Part shown: in pieces, positions 1-14,300 of the stretch
Position numbering within the stretch: the stretch's first letter is position 1
Layout: every line of letters begins with the position of its first letter
Assembly: GCA_051362555.1 (NCBI GenBank)
Contig: CM120640.1
Location: 71,650,788-71,714,787, forward strand
DNA: 64,000 nt
Reading direction: 5' to 3'
DNA from: Lingula anatina
Lineage: Eukaryota > Animalia > Brachiopoda
Made by a program: the position numbers and the translations under genes
Notes under the pieces: generated by a model
What the model saw: only the letters and a program-made list of their open reading frames with translations
What the model was told of the DNA's origin: nothing
The model's database searches: none

Positions 1-1104
1 AAGTCTCCACAAGGGCAGGTGCCTAGTCACCTTCAAAACTTGCTATGACCATGGAGTTGTACTGATATACTCCTTGCTTAGACCAATCATGTGGTCAGAT
101 AAGCTAAGCATTTTAGACAACGTGATTTACAAATCCAGGAAAATGCAAATTATCAGACAAAAGTTTTCCTGTGCCAGCTGATTTGAAAATGTTATAATTA
201 CCACAGGGTAATGAAACATCCACTGCTACTGACACAGAAATATATCACTGATCTATAATAATCTTTATGTTTACCCATATGAGGCCACAGTGTCAAGAAG
301 AGCTCTTAGAATTATGTGTCCATAAAAAAAGTTTCCTGGTGATTCTCTAGGCCACACTTCCCTACTGCCAGCCACACTGTAGCCACACAGAATACAGCAA
401 TAACCTAAATCATCTAGAGAAAATACTGCCTGTAAATCACTTCTTGAGATTGCTCATTCACAAAACATATGCCCTGAAAATATACCAGCATTTTCATAAT
501 ATGTTTTCATGACAAATCAAATAATTTTCACTTATACAGTTAACTGGCCTCTAGCAAGAAATACACCCTACAGCAATATCAATGCACAATGATAAAAAAC
601 AAGTGGAGTATCAGGAAATAGACCAGTTCATTTTAAGTTATTAATACATTTTAATTGTAATTGTAAAAAAAATCACTGTCACAAAATGCAAATAAATTCT
701 TGCTTCCCTTTGCACACAAATATGGACATAATAATACTGATGCACCTGGCGCCATCTATCCTTGAGCATCCATGCAAATAATTTGATAACAATATATGGT
801 AAACTGTCCTCTTCATTATATCACTCATTTCAGGGCCCAATAATGACAACATCAATAGCAAAGTATGAACAGCATACACCATTGGTGTACTCAAGACAGT
901 ACACTTGATATGGCATATCACAAAACGCGATACCAGCATCAGAAATATAAGCCATGAAAAATAACAAAAATCTTAATAGGATTAACTCCAACTCTACAAA
1001 CCTCAATTCCTTACTAATGCTGATTCACCTTATAATGCATACCCTCATACTGCTCCTCAACAATGAGCCATCATTTCTATACGTTGACATAAAAAACAAT
1101 TATA

Positions 1105-1110
1105 TTTATT
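1105..1110 (-). terminator. Candidate polyadenylation signal for sestrin (AATAAA)
   Basis: AATAAA on the minus strand about 1.15 kb after the stop. Other sites are possible. Confidence 0.3.
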
Positions 1111-2258
1111 TATATTATTGTAAAAAATGACATAAACAATAGCAAATTCACTTTAGAAATCAAAGTTGATGATAAAAATGACACAAATGACCACTTCCCT
1201 GCAGGCATGTTGTGTGAAACTGTTCAGTTTCAACCTGTTCTACAGGAGGTGCACCGCAGGATGTTTTGTAAGCACACCATAGGTTCTTGTACACCAGATA
1301 AGAGATTTTAGGCCGAGGGAAATAACGTATAAGTATTGAAAACTGTACTGTTGAACACTACAGGTGTTGTATATATGTGCACAGATCAAAGTCAGCCTTC
1401 CTGTTCAACAGGGCACTGCCTGCCATAGTTTTACCCTACAGGTGGCAGCACCTTCTACATGGATGGCAACAGTATCTTCATAAAAAATAATGACCAACAG
1501 CTTATCTACCTTTCACACATCAAATATGGTGATATCAGTCTATGTCTGCACTCTCATACAGAGCTATTACTACTAACATGTTTCCAAGCAGAAATGCTTT
1601 ACCAATACTGATACTAACAGTGGTTCTATGAATAGAGACAATCAATTTCATTGATCAGTTTAAAGCTTAAGACTTCTTAATTCTAAGTGGTTTTACCCAA
1701 GCTATGATGTAGATGTCTCTGGTTCTGACAGGGTGTGGTGCAGTACTACAGAGATGCCAAGTCTTTCCCTATGGCACTGTTGACAAAGTACATGAAATCT
1801 TTAATGACTAATGATATATATATATATATACCACAGCACCAAACTGTGCTGGTATGTCTGAAATGTGAATCTGTATGAAGAATGGAAAGGTGATGAAAAC
1901 GCCTGACACTTTGTACAGAATATACACAACTATCACAGCTGAACCAGTCCTCTTCTCTATGTACACGCTTGTGTGACATAGCACCAAGATATCAGTATGA
2001 AAGACTAGGGGGCCACACAGACTCCAGCAGGGAGTCCAGGCCATCTTCCCTCCATGTCCAGCCACGCCGTATGAAACAATAGAAGCATGGAGAGGAGAGC
2101 AGTCTTCCACTTTATCAGTCAGTTTAAGGTGTCCAAATACAACCAGTGGTTCATTACCACTAGATGGGGTGGCATGCACAGCACCAATACGAGCTCCTTC
2201 AGTCCTGTATATGGGAGCCAGTCAGTGTGAACTGGGGCAATCTTTGGCCAGCAGCAGA

Positions 2259-2345
2259 CTAGGTCATGTAACGTGTAAGTGCCCGCAGTGAATACAGCAG
2301 TTCTGCTTGCATCTTGGCTTCTAGCAGCATTAGGTTGACATGGAC
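2259..2345 (-). CDS. SESN1: Sestrin exon 11 ([28 protein letters not shown])
   Basis: Canonical sestrin C-terminus with TAG stop. Confidence 0.95.
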   Translation of the reverse strand, partial: VHVNLMLLEAKMQAELLYSLRALTRYMT

Positions 2346-5300
2346 CTGAAAATAACCAAATATCCACATTAATGATACAACTTGGAGCAACCTAATGGTG
2401 AAAATTACAGTGTGCTGAATATTCCCTGGCTTCCATTATATATCTCATTGCACAGAGTGTTAACATTAAATGATGTTCATTTCAAAGAGAGCAACAGAAA
2501 AGAGAGCTTACCTTCTCTGAGTGCTTAAACCCCCTCATGAAGTTGTCGTAATCTTTCTTGGAGACCCTCTCTGGGTAGCAGGTCACCGTCTTAACGTAAC
2601 TCTTGAGATATCTCTCCAGCAGATGGTTCACCTCTCCATAATTGTAGTCATCATGGCGGATACCATACATACAATGGATGTAGTTCCAGATTGCTCGACG
2701 AAAAGAAGACGTGTCCACATCTGTGTTGGGACCCATTCTGCAAGTCAACACAACAGATGATATTAATTATACTGAATTTAACACCAGTGTACCAAAGTGA
2801 AACTTTCTTCAGCCTCTGGAAACCTAACACCGCAAGGCAGTGTTGTTCTAGCAGTCACTGTAGTAAACCAGTGTTCAAATCATCAGTCTTACAATGATAA
2901 TTTTATCAGCTTTAAGACTTAAATAAAAACCTTTCTAACTCAATTAATAACAGAAACCCTGTAGCCACTCACGTGAAGTATGTCAAATTGTATGCTGTGT
3001 TAAACTTGTCGTCAAGTAGAGTTCCTATGTCAGAGTACAGACGGTTGGCTAATGAGTAGCCTTGGTCCTCCCAGGAGAAGTCCTGAAAACATTCACATAC
3101 TCCTGTCACTACTAGGTTAGGACTACAAATAATGTTTTCATGATACAAAAATATGTCAAAATACATCAGTCTTATTACTAAAAAGAGGTATGTATACTAA
3201 AATACATCAATTTCAATACTACACAGCCATATGTATACCAAAATACACCAGTCTTATTATCAAACAGCTCTATGTTTATCAAATTCAGATCTTTACTGTA
3301 TATCTCAGTTGTGCAGTAAGAGGGCGGGCCCAGGTGAACTTACCTGTGCTCTAAATGTAGGGATTTCCTGTACTGCTCCCCTCATGGCAAAGTCTTCATA
3401 CCCAAAGCTGGGATCTTCCACATAGCACAAAATACTGGCTTTAGGTGAGAGCTGGGATTTACCTGCCTCCACTGAAAAAGAAAACAATCCATTTTGTGAT
3501 ACAATATTCACAAAACCTTTCTAATAGAACTTATTACAGCAATCAAGATGGGCACTTAATAAGGTGAAAACTAACCTATTTTTTTCCAAAAAATCACATT
3601 TCATCCTAACAAAGACTCACATTCTAAACTCTGGGACTCCACTTTCTGGAATCTGGCTAACATTTCTTCCTGTGTTGGTTCCTCTCCTGTCTCATTGAGT
3701 TGCTTCATGCGTTCCATCAGAGCCTCAATCCCTGCCGCTGCATCTGTCTGTAAAATACCACAATTTTGATGTATATGTATACCATATTATCATAAAACAC
3801 AGCTGTAATATACTAGTCCACCAGTTTCATAACAGCATACAACAACACGGTATCATAGCGTACAACTGTGATGTTCATGCCTTCAAAAAAGGGAAGCCTG
3901 TTAGACCAAAATTTACACAGAAATACAAAAATGTAGTGCAAAGATAAGTTTTATGAGCAAAGATTATGAGGAGTCACTTACTGAGGTTGGGGAGCCAGAG
4001 TGACTATTGCTACTGGAGTGATTGTCTTCACTGTCTGACGATGAAGAAGGGCGGAAAGTGTGTCCGTTCTCTTCGTCTATTTCAGGGTGAATACCGCAGC
4101 CGTACACAAATGAGCACATGGCATGGAAGTGTGCAATTATAATTAGAGCATGCATCACTTCTGCTAGTGACCAGTTATCATTGCCCCGTGTCAGTTTCTG
4201 AAAATAACAAAATTCATTCACATGTACATGGATCTCATCCACAGACCTTCCTTTTCTTATACACCTATTTCTGGGCATTTCCCTACAGTGAAATTCAAAA
4301 TTCAAATAAAACTTTATCAGGTAATGACTCAAATATTTAGAACAACACCTTTTAAATACTGGTTAAGTTAAAGGAGACAAAGATTTGCCAAAGATGAACA
4401 TACCTCAATGTGGTTTTTGGATATTAGCCATGGCCTGTGTGCTAATATCTTTATGATTTCATACAGGTCCCGTAGTTTCTGTGGTATGTGGTCCAGCCCC
4501 TTCAGCCAGGTCTCCTCCCCACCACACAGCAAGAACTCTGTCTTATGGAGGTTAATGAGATATGAGCACTGGTGTCTGGCAGAGGCCTGAAGAACAGAAT
4601 ATAGCATAGATGAGATATGAGCACTGGTGTCTGGCAGAGGCCTGAAGAACAGAATATAGCATAGATGAGATATGAGCACTGGTGTCTGGCAGAGGCCTGA
4701 AGAACAGAATACAGCATAGATGAGATATGAGCACTGGTGTCTGGCAAAGGCCTGAAGAACAGAATACAGCATAGATGAGATATGAGCACTGGTGTCTGGC
4801 AGAGGCCTGAGCAACAGAATACAGCACAGAAATTAACTGCCATTTGCATATCAACTGATCAAACAGGAGCAATGGCATAACAGGACCATCGACAGGAATA
4901 TAAACCTTATTTCAGAAATTAAACACAAATTCACAATTCACAGACACTGTCTAATAAACAAGATAGTATCTATTTTCCCTTGGCATCACCCTCACCCTGA
5001 TACACAAGACAGTAAAAAACATAATTATATTCATTAATAAAAGAAGAAAAATAAGATGTTGTCTACATTTATGAAACACTTAGTTCTTCAAAAGGTATTC
5101 TTTATTTCCCCTCCTATCTGCAGAATATACCATACAGCAATATATAATAATGTGTGGAGTGCCTTCATCCCCCAGGCACCAGTCCATCAGACACAGCTCA
5201 GTGCCCACTGATGACCAGCACTGATAATACACGCCATGTGACACAGCTTTTTATGGAGACCTGCCCTAGCAACCTGGCTCTAGTCCACAGAATTACATGT

Positions 5301-8300
5301 TAACCCCTCTCTCTCTGCACTGAATATTTAAGAATGGGGACACTTTCTCTGCTTATCACCATTTCAGATCTCAGAAATAACTGGAAATTATCTTTTTTTT
5401 TTTTTTAATGAGCAAAATTACCAGTGGTACGTTGTGAGAAGGTTGATACCTTCAACTAGATGGAGTTTTAGGACCTAAAGATTTATCTTGGTGTTTGTAG
5501 GCCTGATGGCAGTGTCATTTCTTCTGTACCTATATCAGTGACACAGGTAAGTATTACGGAACTCCAGATCCAGGCCAAACATCTAGGGTATCAGCAGTGA
5601 CCATCTCTAAAAGAGCAAGATGGTCAACAACTTGGTGAGCCACCCCTGACCTCTCTGTCAATGACAGCCAAGTATGCAGGACCAGTTGACATGCAACTTC
5701 AGACTACAGCATTGCATGTAGAACATCATTCTCACTCTGGACATATGAATGAAGGCTCATCTTTCTCAGATACTGGAGAAGTTTGGTCTGTTAAATCTCT
5801 GACAGCCCACGGTGACACACCCATCTCTTCGAAACCAAAGAGCACAAATATAAATAACAATAGTGTTGTTTGTAACAGACAACTTGATTGTATTTGATAT
5901 CAACAACGTGTCCTATCCTGACTTAAAATACAGAGTTAAAGAGTCTATCTGCAGGATGGGAATAAAGGAAGGAAATGGATTTCAGAGTCAATTTTCAGCT
6001 ATTAGATAACTATATCAGATGTAGTTCACAAACAGGTCAGTGTTGTTGACCTACCCAGCTCTCACCTCACCCCCCTCCCCAAACACACACACACACACCT
6101 GTAAAGAAACCTGCCTGGTCTCAAATCCTTTGTTTTAATATCAATTCAATTATTTTGGAATAAATGTAAAACTCGTATTTCATTTGCCAATACTCAAGCA
6201 TAGTTTAAAGTTTTCCATGGAGATCTGTTCTATAGCGGAGAGGGAGAACTTGGTCCATTCTCTATTCCTAACCACTATACACAAAGCAGCTAAAGCCCCA
6301 GTGTTAAGACTGCTACAGTGCAGGCTTTGCATGATCTAAGTGTCTTTTATCACCTGTTTATGTAATGTTACATATTAACACATCTCAATCTAGCTAATGA
6401 AGTCAAGTGTCCATTTCGCTTTGAGTCAGGGCCCCGGCCACAGAGGAAGGAGGGGAAATGGTGGTTCACCTCTCTCTAGTTACACATTAACCAGTGTCAG
6501 ACTGGTAACATATCTGGTATGTAGGACTACTGCTAAGACTGCTGACTAATGATGGGGTGACTGCACTTACTGTGCTATCACCTTGATAGGATTTCTAACC
6601 TTACATCACACTGTGCAATCTTAGACTTGCACGCAACTGGGATGTTGGGTTCTTGTCCCATTAAAGTACAGAGAAAACTGAACTGGCTGTACTTAGGGAC
6701 TGGGAAATAATTGAGGTACAGCGAAAACTGAACTGGCTGCACCTTGGGGTTGGGAAACAATAGACTAAACATTCATTTAAGCAGTTTCAAAGTGTCAAAA
6801 GTTAGTACATTAATTCTAAAAGTGAATTTTTTCAAACTACTTGAACAGATATGCTTTCCAACTGATCCCAATTTTCTGGTTAAAAGGAAACGTATCTAAC
6901 CAATATCTATCTTCAATTTCCTTTTCTTTCTTCCCTTTTTCTGACTACTTTTTTCACAAACCTTTGTTCTATTAACGGCAAACATTACTTGCTTGCTTGA
7001 ACTGTAAAGTAACATTATAAGCAAACAACTCTTCATATTGTCTTGAAAGGTCTTAGTGCAAAAAAAAAATAAACTGCAAATTCAACATCAAATTTTAATT
7101 ATGCTCAACAGGTAATACCAATGTAAGTAAAATGTGTAACAAGCATAAGGCTTCAGGCCCATGGGAGTTCAAGTTCACACTTTGAAAATGTATAACTTCC
7201 AGAAAAAGAAGCCAATTAGACTACTTTTCCAACTCAGGCTGCATTTTAGTCCTGTATTTCTTTTTTGAAAGTTTGGCAATTATAAGTAACATGGTTTTCC
7301 CATAATGGTCATCATGGCAGCAGCACCCAAAATTGTGTTTTCTTCTATTCTGATGCAATATTACATAATGGTTAACAGCCTAATGACCGTCAATTTTTAA
7401 TAATAAAATATACGTATCATGGATTTTCAGAAAATGTGACTAGCATGGGTCTTCAAGCCTGTGGAACTTCAAACTCACACCTTGAAAATGCCAATATGTG
7501 AAAAATTAAATTTTCACAAAAAAACTGTTTAACTGGCAGTAAGAATTACCAAGCAGCCAAAAAGTAAAACTGCCTTCCACTTATCGTGTTTATAATGAAA
7601 GTGCGACAGCGACAGCGACGACAGGCGTAGGTGATGGCAATATGTACAGACACATCTGTACATATTTACTGTACTGTTTGAGAACAGTAAGTGACATGGT
7701 TTTTCTTAAATGGTCATCATGGGAGCAGTGCCCAAAATAGGTTTTTTTCAAATTTTGATGCAATATTACATAATGTTTAACAGCATAATGACCATCAATT
7801 TTTAATAATAAAATATTAGTATCATGGATATTCAGAAACTGTGACTAGCAAAGGTCTTCAGGCCCATGGAACTTCAAAGTCACAACTTGAAAATGCCAAA
7901 ATGTAAACAAGACAGCACTGTTCTGAAATGTTTTATTCCATTTTTAACAATTTTTAACATAAAACAAAATTAACAGTTTACTGCCATTTTTATACGATCA
8001 ACTAAGAAAATTGATGAGATGGGAAAAATATCAATAGAGCAGTGTTAAATGTCCAATTTCTTCCATTCTGAGATTCTGAACATAGTGAATGATTGAACCT
8101 GACAAACTGCAATGATATGAGTTTATTTCCATTTTTGAAACTTTATTACACAATACATGATAACAAGTTTACCATCATTTTTACAAAATCAACTAACAAT
8201 GTTGTAAAGATGCAGGAAATGTCAAACAAACACTTTTACGTATCTTATTAATTAAATAATGAAACTGTTAACATGTCTAAGAATTGAATCTGAGGAAATG

Positions 8301-11300
8301 TGAAAAAACAGCATAACTTCTAAAATAATGGCCCGATTATGCTGATTTTTTTTAACTCAACCTGTGTTTTAGCAGGATTGACCACTCCTGTGAGTTTAAT
8401 GACAATTGGCCTGTCTGTTTTTCTTATATTGTGTTTACAATGTTGCATATATGCTGAAAAGTGAAAAAAAGCATAACTACTTAAATAGTGGCCTGATGAT
8501 GACGGTTTTCGAACTTGACCTGCGTTTTAGTAAGATCGATTACTCCTGTGAGTTTCATGACAACAGGCCAATCGGTTTTCCTTGAAATGTGTTTACAGTG
8601 TTGCATATATGCTGAAAAGTGAAAAAAACAGCATAATTTCTACAATAATGGCCCGATCATGCTGATTTTCGAACTTGACCTGCGTTTTATGAATATTCAT
8701 CAGCTCTGTAAATATAAAGCCAAAAATTAAAACTGCCTTCCACTTATCATGTTTACAAGGAAAGTGCACGGCGCCGGCGCCGGCAACGACGGCGACGGCG
8801 ACGACAGACGCAGGTGATGGCAATATGTACAGACACATCTGTGTCTGTACATAATAATAAAATATTAGTATCATGGATATTCAGAAAATGTGACTAGAAA
8901 AGGTCTTCAGGACCATGGAACTTCAAAGTCACACCTTGAAAATGCCAATATGTGACAAATTTAATTTTCACAAAAAACTGTTTAACTGCCAGAAAGAATT
9001 ACCAAACAGACTGCATTGCCTAATTAAACTGTATCTTAGTCCCATGTTTCTTTCCTGTAAGTTTGAGAACAGTAAGTGACATGGTTTTCCTTAAATGGTC
9101 ATCATGGGAGCAGTGTCCAAAATAGGGGTTTCTTCAAATTTTGATGCAATATTACATAATGTTTAACAGGATAATAACCATCAATTTTTAATAATAAAAT
9201 ATTAGTATCATGGATATTGAGAAAATGTGACAAGCAAAGGTCTTCAGGCCCATGGAACTTCAAAGTCACACCTTGAAAATGCCAAAATGTAAACAAGACA
9301 GCACTGTCCTGAAATGTGTTTTTTTCCATTTTTAACAATTGTTTAACATATGACAAAATTAACAGTTTACTGCCATTTTTATATGATCAACTAAGAAAAT
9401 TGATGACATGGGAAAAATATCAATAGAACAGTGTTTAATGTCCAATTTCCTCCATTCCGAGTTTCTGAACATAGTGAATGAATTAATCTGACAAACTGCA
9501 ATGATATGAGTTTTTTTCCATTTTTGAAACTCTATTATACAATACATGATAACAAGTTTACCATCATTTTTACATAATCAACTAACAATGTTTTAAAGTT
9601 GCAGGAAATGTCAAACAAACACATTTACATATCTTATTAGTTAAATAATGAGACTGTTAACATGCCTAAGAATTGAATCTGAGGAAATGTGAAAAAACAG
9701 CATAACTTATAAAATAATGGCCCCATTATGCTGATTTTCGAACTTGACCTGCGTTTTAGTAAGATTGATTACTAATGTGAGTTTCATGACAACAGGCCTA
9801 TGGGTTTTCCTTGAAATGTGTTAACAATGTTGCATATATGCTAAAAAGTGAAAAAACAGCATAACTACTAAAATAGTGGCCCGATCATGCCGATTTTCGA
9901 ACTTGACCTGCGTTTTAGTAAGATTGATTACTCCTGTGAGTTTCATGACAACAGGCCTATCGGTTTTCCTTAAAATGTGTTAACAGGGTTGCATATATGC
10001 TGAAAAGTGAAAAAACAGCATAACTTCTACAATAATGGCCCGATCATGCTGATTTTCGAACTTGACCTGTGTTTTATGAATATTCATCAGCTCTGTAAAT
10101 ATAAAGCCAAAAAGTAAAACTGCCCTCCACTTATCGTGTTAACAAGGAAAGTGCACGGCGCCGGCATCGGCGCCGGCATCGGCGACGCCATCGGCATCGG
10201 CGACGGCGGCGACGACAGACGCAGGTGATGGCAATATGTACAGACACATCTGTGTCTGTACATAAAAAAGACTAGCAATTCGGTTTAAATCAACTCAACT
10301 TTCTTCCATTAAGTTTGAGTTTCCAATAGCATAAAAGCGAAGGGTAACAAAACAACCCTACTTCTGTGATGTTGCCATAAGAACCTAATCCCTTGTGTAC
10401 AGAAGAAACACAAGTGAACTTTGCCAGGAAAAAAAAAGATTTGCACTGAGACAGCCAAGATAGGAGTGTCACTGGAACACACCGAGCTGACACCGAGCTA
10501 GAAACTTGGTCCAAGGCGTGCACTACATCAAGGCAGATATCACCAGAACAGAATATCACAAGTTCAATATGAAGTGCTAGCTTGCCAGACAAGTCTGGCA
10601 TTACTGAAGAAATAATTAAATTAGAGACCAAAATATGCCTATCTACAAGCTGTACAAGATACAGAAGTGAAGTCTACTCACCATGATAGCTATATAGTGT
10701 CTGTAGTCATATGGAAGAGGTCCATCTCCACGGAGAATATACTGCTGTGTCTTGAGGAAACTGTCCAGGTATTTAGGGTGGTAGCCCATCACCTGGACAA
10801 TGTGCTCAAGACGGTTGTTTTGTAGAAATGCATCTACAAACAACATCTGTGTCTGAAAAAATAAAAACAAGTCAGTCAATAATCACATATACAAGTTTAA
10901 AACTTAAATTTCAGACAAAATTGTTTGCTGAAAAACGTTTTTAATATCATTAAAATCATTTGTTCTCTTTGAAGTTGGAAACTTTGCTCCAACTGAAATT
11001 CAATCAACCAAACTGTCCAAAAAAATCATGCTGTATTAGTATAAGTTGTACATAGAAGAAACGTCTAAAAAGTCTGCTTAGAGACAAGTCATGGTCCTTG
11101 GACACTGATTTATACAAGACAGTGCATGTGACAGTAGTTAAGACACACTGGGTGAGTCTGCTTTCAGTCTTCATTCAAGAAGTAACGTGCTCACTTAGAG
11201 AGGACTTAACATATTTGGTTTTTAAGTTAAAACTAAGTTCCTTCTGGCAATAACATTGGAGCTCCTCTCACCTTATTGTCAGCATTGCTAACATGATTAT

Positions 11301-14300
11301 CTGAAGGGTGCCCCATGTTGTCATTATTGATAACATTATTCTCAGAGTTGTTGTCATTATTGTTAAAACTTAACGACAACATCCTCTCCCCCTAAAGCAG
11401 GCTCATGGTTGCCATGAACCCAGTCAACATGTGAGATCTTAGTGTGGAAGCAGTCTGCAACTTCCCATATCTTTGGTGTAAACTGATTTCAGTCCCATGT
11501 CTTCCCCAGCAGCAAGGCACATAGAGGGGTGTCCCAGCACCATCACTCTTCCTTCACTAACTGATTACCTCTGACTCACAACACAGAATGAATTCATAAG
11601 TAGCCTGGCTTGGGGCCTGCAGCTGACACCACAGAGATATTCTGGTTCAGGGCTTGTATAATAAAGATAGGCTCTATGTAGAGAGTTCTTATCTGATTAG
11701 TCACCTAGCAATTCTGCTGCATGTCACAAATCATGTTACAATTCATTATCTTAAACTTCTAGGGCACTAATTGTCTTCATTGTACCATCAGGTGCCCTAC
11801 CCCTGCATACCTCATTTTACAGGTGCCCTGCTGAAGCATACCCAAAGCAATGCATGCCTGGCTGCTGTATAGGCAATGTGGTATCTCTTCCACACACCTG
11901 GATAACAGTTAGCTGGACAATGACTTAATGAGATCTGGAGCAAAAAATACCCAAAAGCAGGTGGTGTTCACTGGGTCTTCATGAGCTGCCGGCCAGACTG
12001 ACACTGCCTTGGTCAGTGCTATGCTAATACAGCAGCAGGCCTTTTTTTTTTAGTCATCACCTATCTCCAGTGTGGTTTGCTAAAAATAACCTAGGAGGTG
12101 GACAACGAGGTGTGAAAGAGATCCCCAATGATAGTACTGCTGTCATATTTTATCTGTACTGATGACACTTGTTAGAAGGGAATCACTTTGTTGAAAGAGA
12201 AAATAGTGGGAAGACTTTGAAAAGTTATATCACTTTTCATGAATTGCTGCTTTCAGATGACATTTTATAAAGTGTGGAACCTTTATAGCATGTCAACATG
12301 CTGTTGCAATAAGACTGGTTTAATTTTAGCACTGTTAACACTAGCAGTCATCATATCAACTATACTTTTGAAATTTTACTTTTAAATATGGTTGCTTTTT
12401 TTTTTTACTGTGTAACTTTTGAGGTCATGCTTTATAAAATACCAAATACAAGAGAGGAGCTAAGTGACTGTCAACCGTCAATTGTAACATCAATCAGACA
12501 ACTGACAAACCTGCCGACCAGACCACGACTGCCCTTCTGACCAGATTTCCCACCAGAAAACTGATCAGTCTACTGGCTTGTTAACCACTAATACTCATTT
12601 TGAAGACATTCAACCTCATAGCAAGATTTGTACATCAAGAAAGCCACTAAACTAAGTGTTTAACCTCCTTACTAACTTAATCTGGTAGTTACCTGTTAAA
12701 CCCTTTGAGCACTCCCCAGGCTCTAGTCAGCACAGATCCCTAGAAACCACCCCTATCAGACAATTGTTTTTTACTAATATAACAAGTGATAACACCAAAA
12801 AGCCAAGTTATCATTTTAGGAAGTAGATTGGTTAGTGTAAATAGCAGTCTCATTATGTGTAAACTAGTTTTATTCTTTTCCACTCCCCTCCCGGATACAG
12901 GAGCTCTATGAGGACTGGAAATGAAGTTTGCTTTCATGACAGAAAGCATTTAGCACAGGTATCAAGATATGTCCGATTTATTTCTATCCTTCGTTTCAAA
13001 ATAAATCACTTGTAGCCTTTATTGCTCATTTCTTAAAGAAATGTTTTATTTTTAAAGACAGCATATGAGCAACCTATTGCAGACCAGTCCACCCCAGGTT
13101 TTCCCAAATTTGCGCTCTGTTCATTTTTCCAGATTCCCTTCTCTAAATCTCTGCTCTTCCAGACCAGACTCTTAGTTTTTAGTCAATAATTCAGATTACA
13201 AAAGTTATATTATTGTAGTCGGCACCTGACTGAGGGTTTAAGAAATCATGCACTGCTGCATTTACCACCTGCCACACACAAAGTAACTGACGCAGTCTTT
13301 TTGACCATATACACCAGAATGACCATGAGATGAAAGCAACAACATTTCAACTTAAAAAATGATAGGCAGTTTGTTTTGAGTCTCAAACGAGAGTATTTAT
13401 AGCATGTTTTTTAAGTGTGAAGGCAAATCTTCCTTTGGTGTTCAGATGTGTCTAGACAGTATGAACTGGTTGACTGGGAGATATAAATGATCCTGTCACA
13501 TGTAATACTTGGTCCTCACACCTTCACCATGTACTGGCTGCACCCTATAGCCAGCACCATAGGTACCACTGTGTATTAATGTGACACCAGGAGAATATAA
13601 ATCACCTACTAACTCAACTGGACATCACACTTTCTTACACGTGACACCTATTAACTGTAAAAACTGTCTTCAGCAAGTCTAACTCTGCATTACATTTCAG
13701 GTTCTCCTCCTTTAGTCTTACCCTGATCTACACACCTGCAGTTTTCTTACAGTTAATGTGACTAAATTAATTAAGGACTCACCTCTTCGTCATCTGTGTC
13801 AACAGGAACTATCTGGAAAATAAAGAGGAAATTTAAAGGCTTTAGATAGTCAAGTCAGATTGTATAATAAATAATGATCAGCAACAATGATTAAGGGCTG
13901 ATATTTTAGACAATCAACCAATAACACAAACATGTCAGCAGGAGGGTATCTAAGTGGATTGGGGTGGGGGGCAGTGGGGGTAAGTAGGAAGGAGGGAGGA
14001 GGGGAGGGCTCACCTCAGTATAGTCAGTTTTACTGGAACAGTACAAATATAGCTGCATACTGCACAGGTCAGGTACTATCTCCCTACACTTGGTTAGTGT
14101 GGTATAGTACTGGGCCAACCACATGGCATAGCTAATGAGATGGGGGAGAGAAAGGAAGGGGATACTATATGCCTAGGCAGGCCACATTCTCTCTTTTAAC
14201 TTGAGACTGAAAGAGAATGGGAGGTGATATGATGTGTCTGGGCTGGCCAGTGGTAAACATTATGTTCCCATTATGTAATTGGGGGGGGGGGGGGGGGGGG

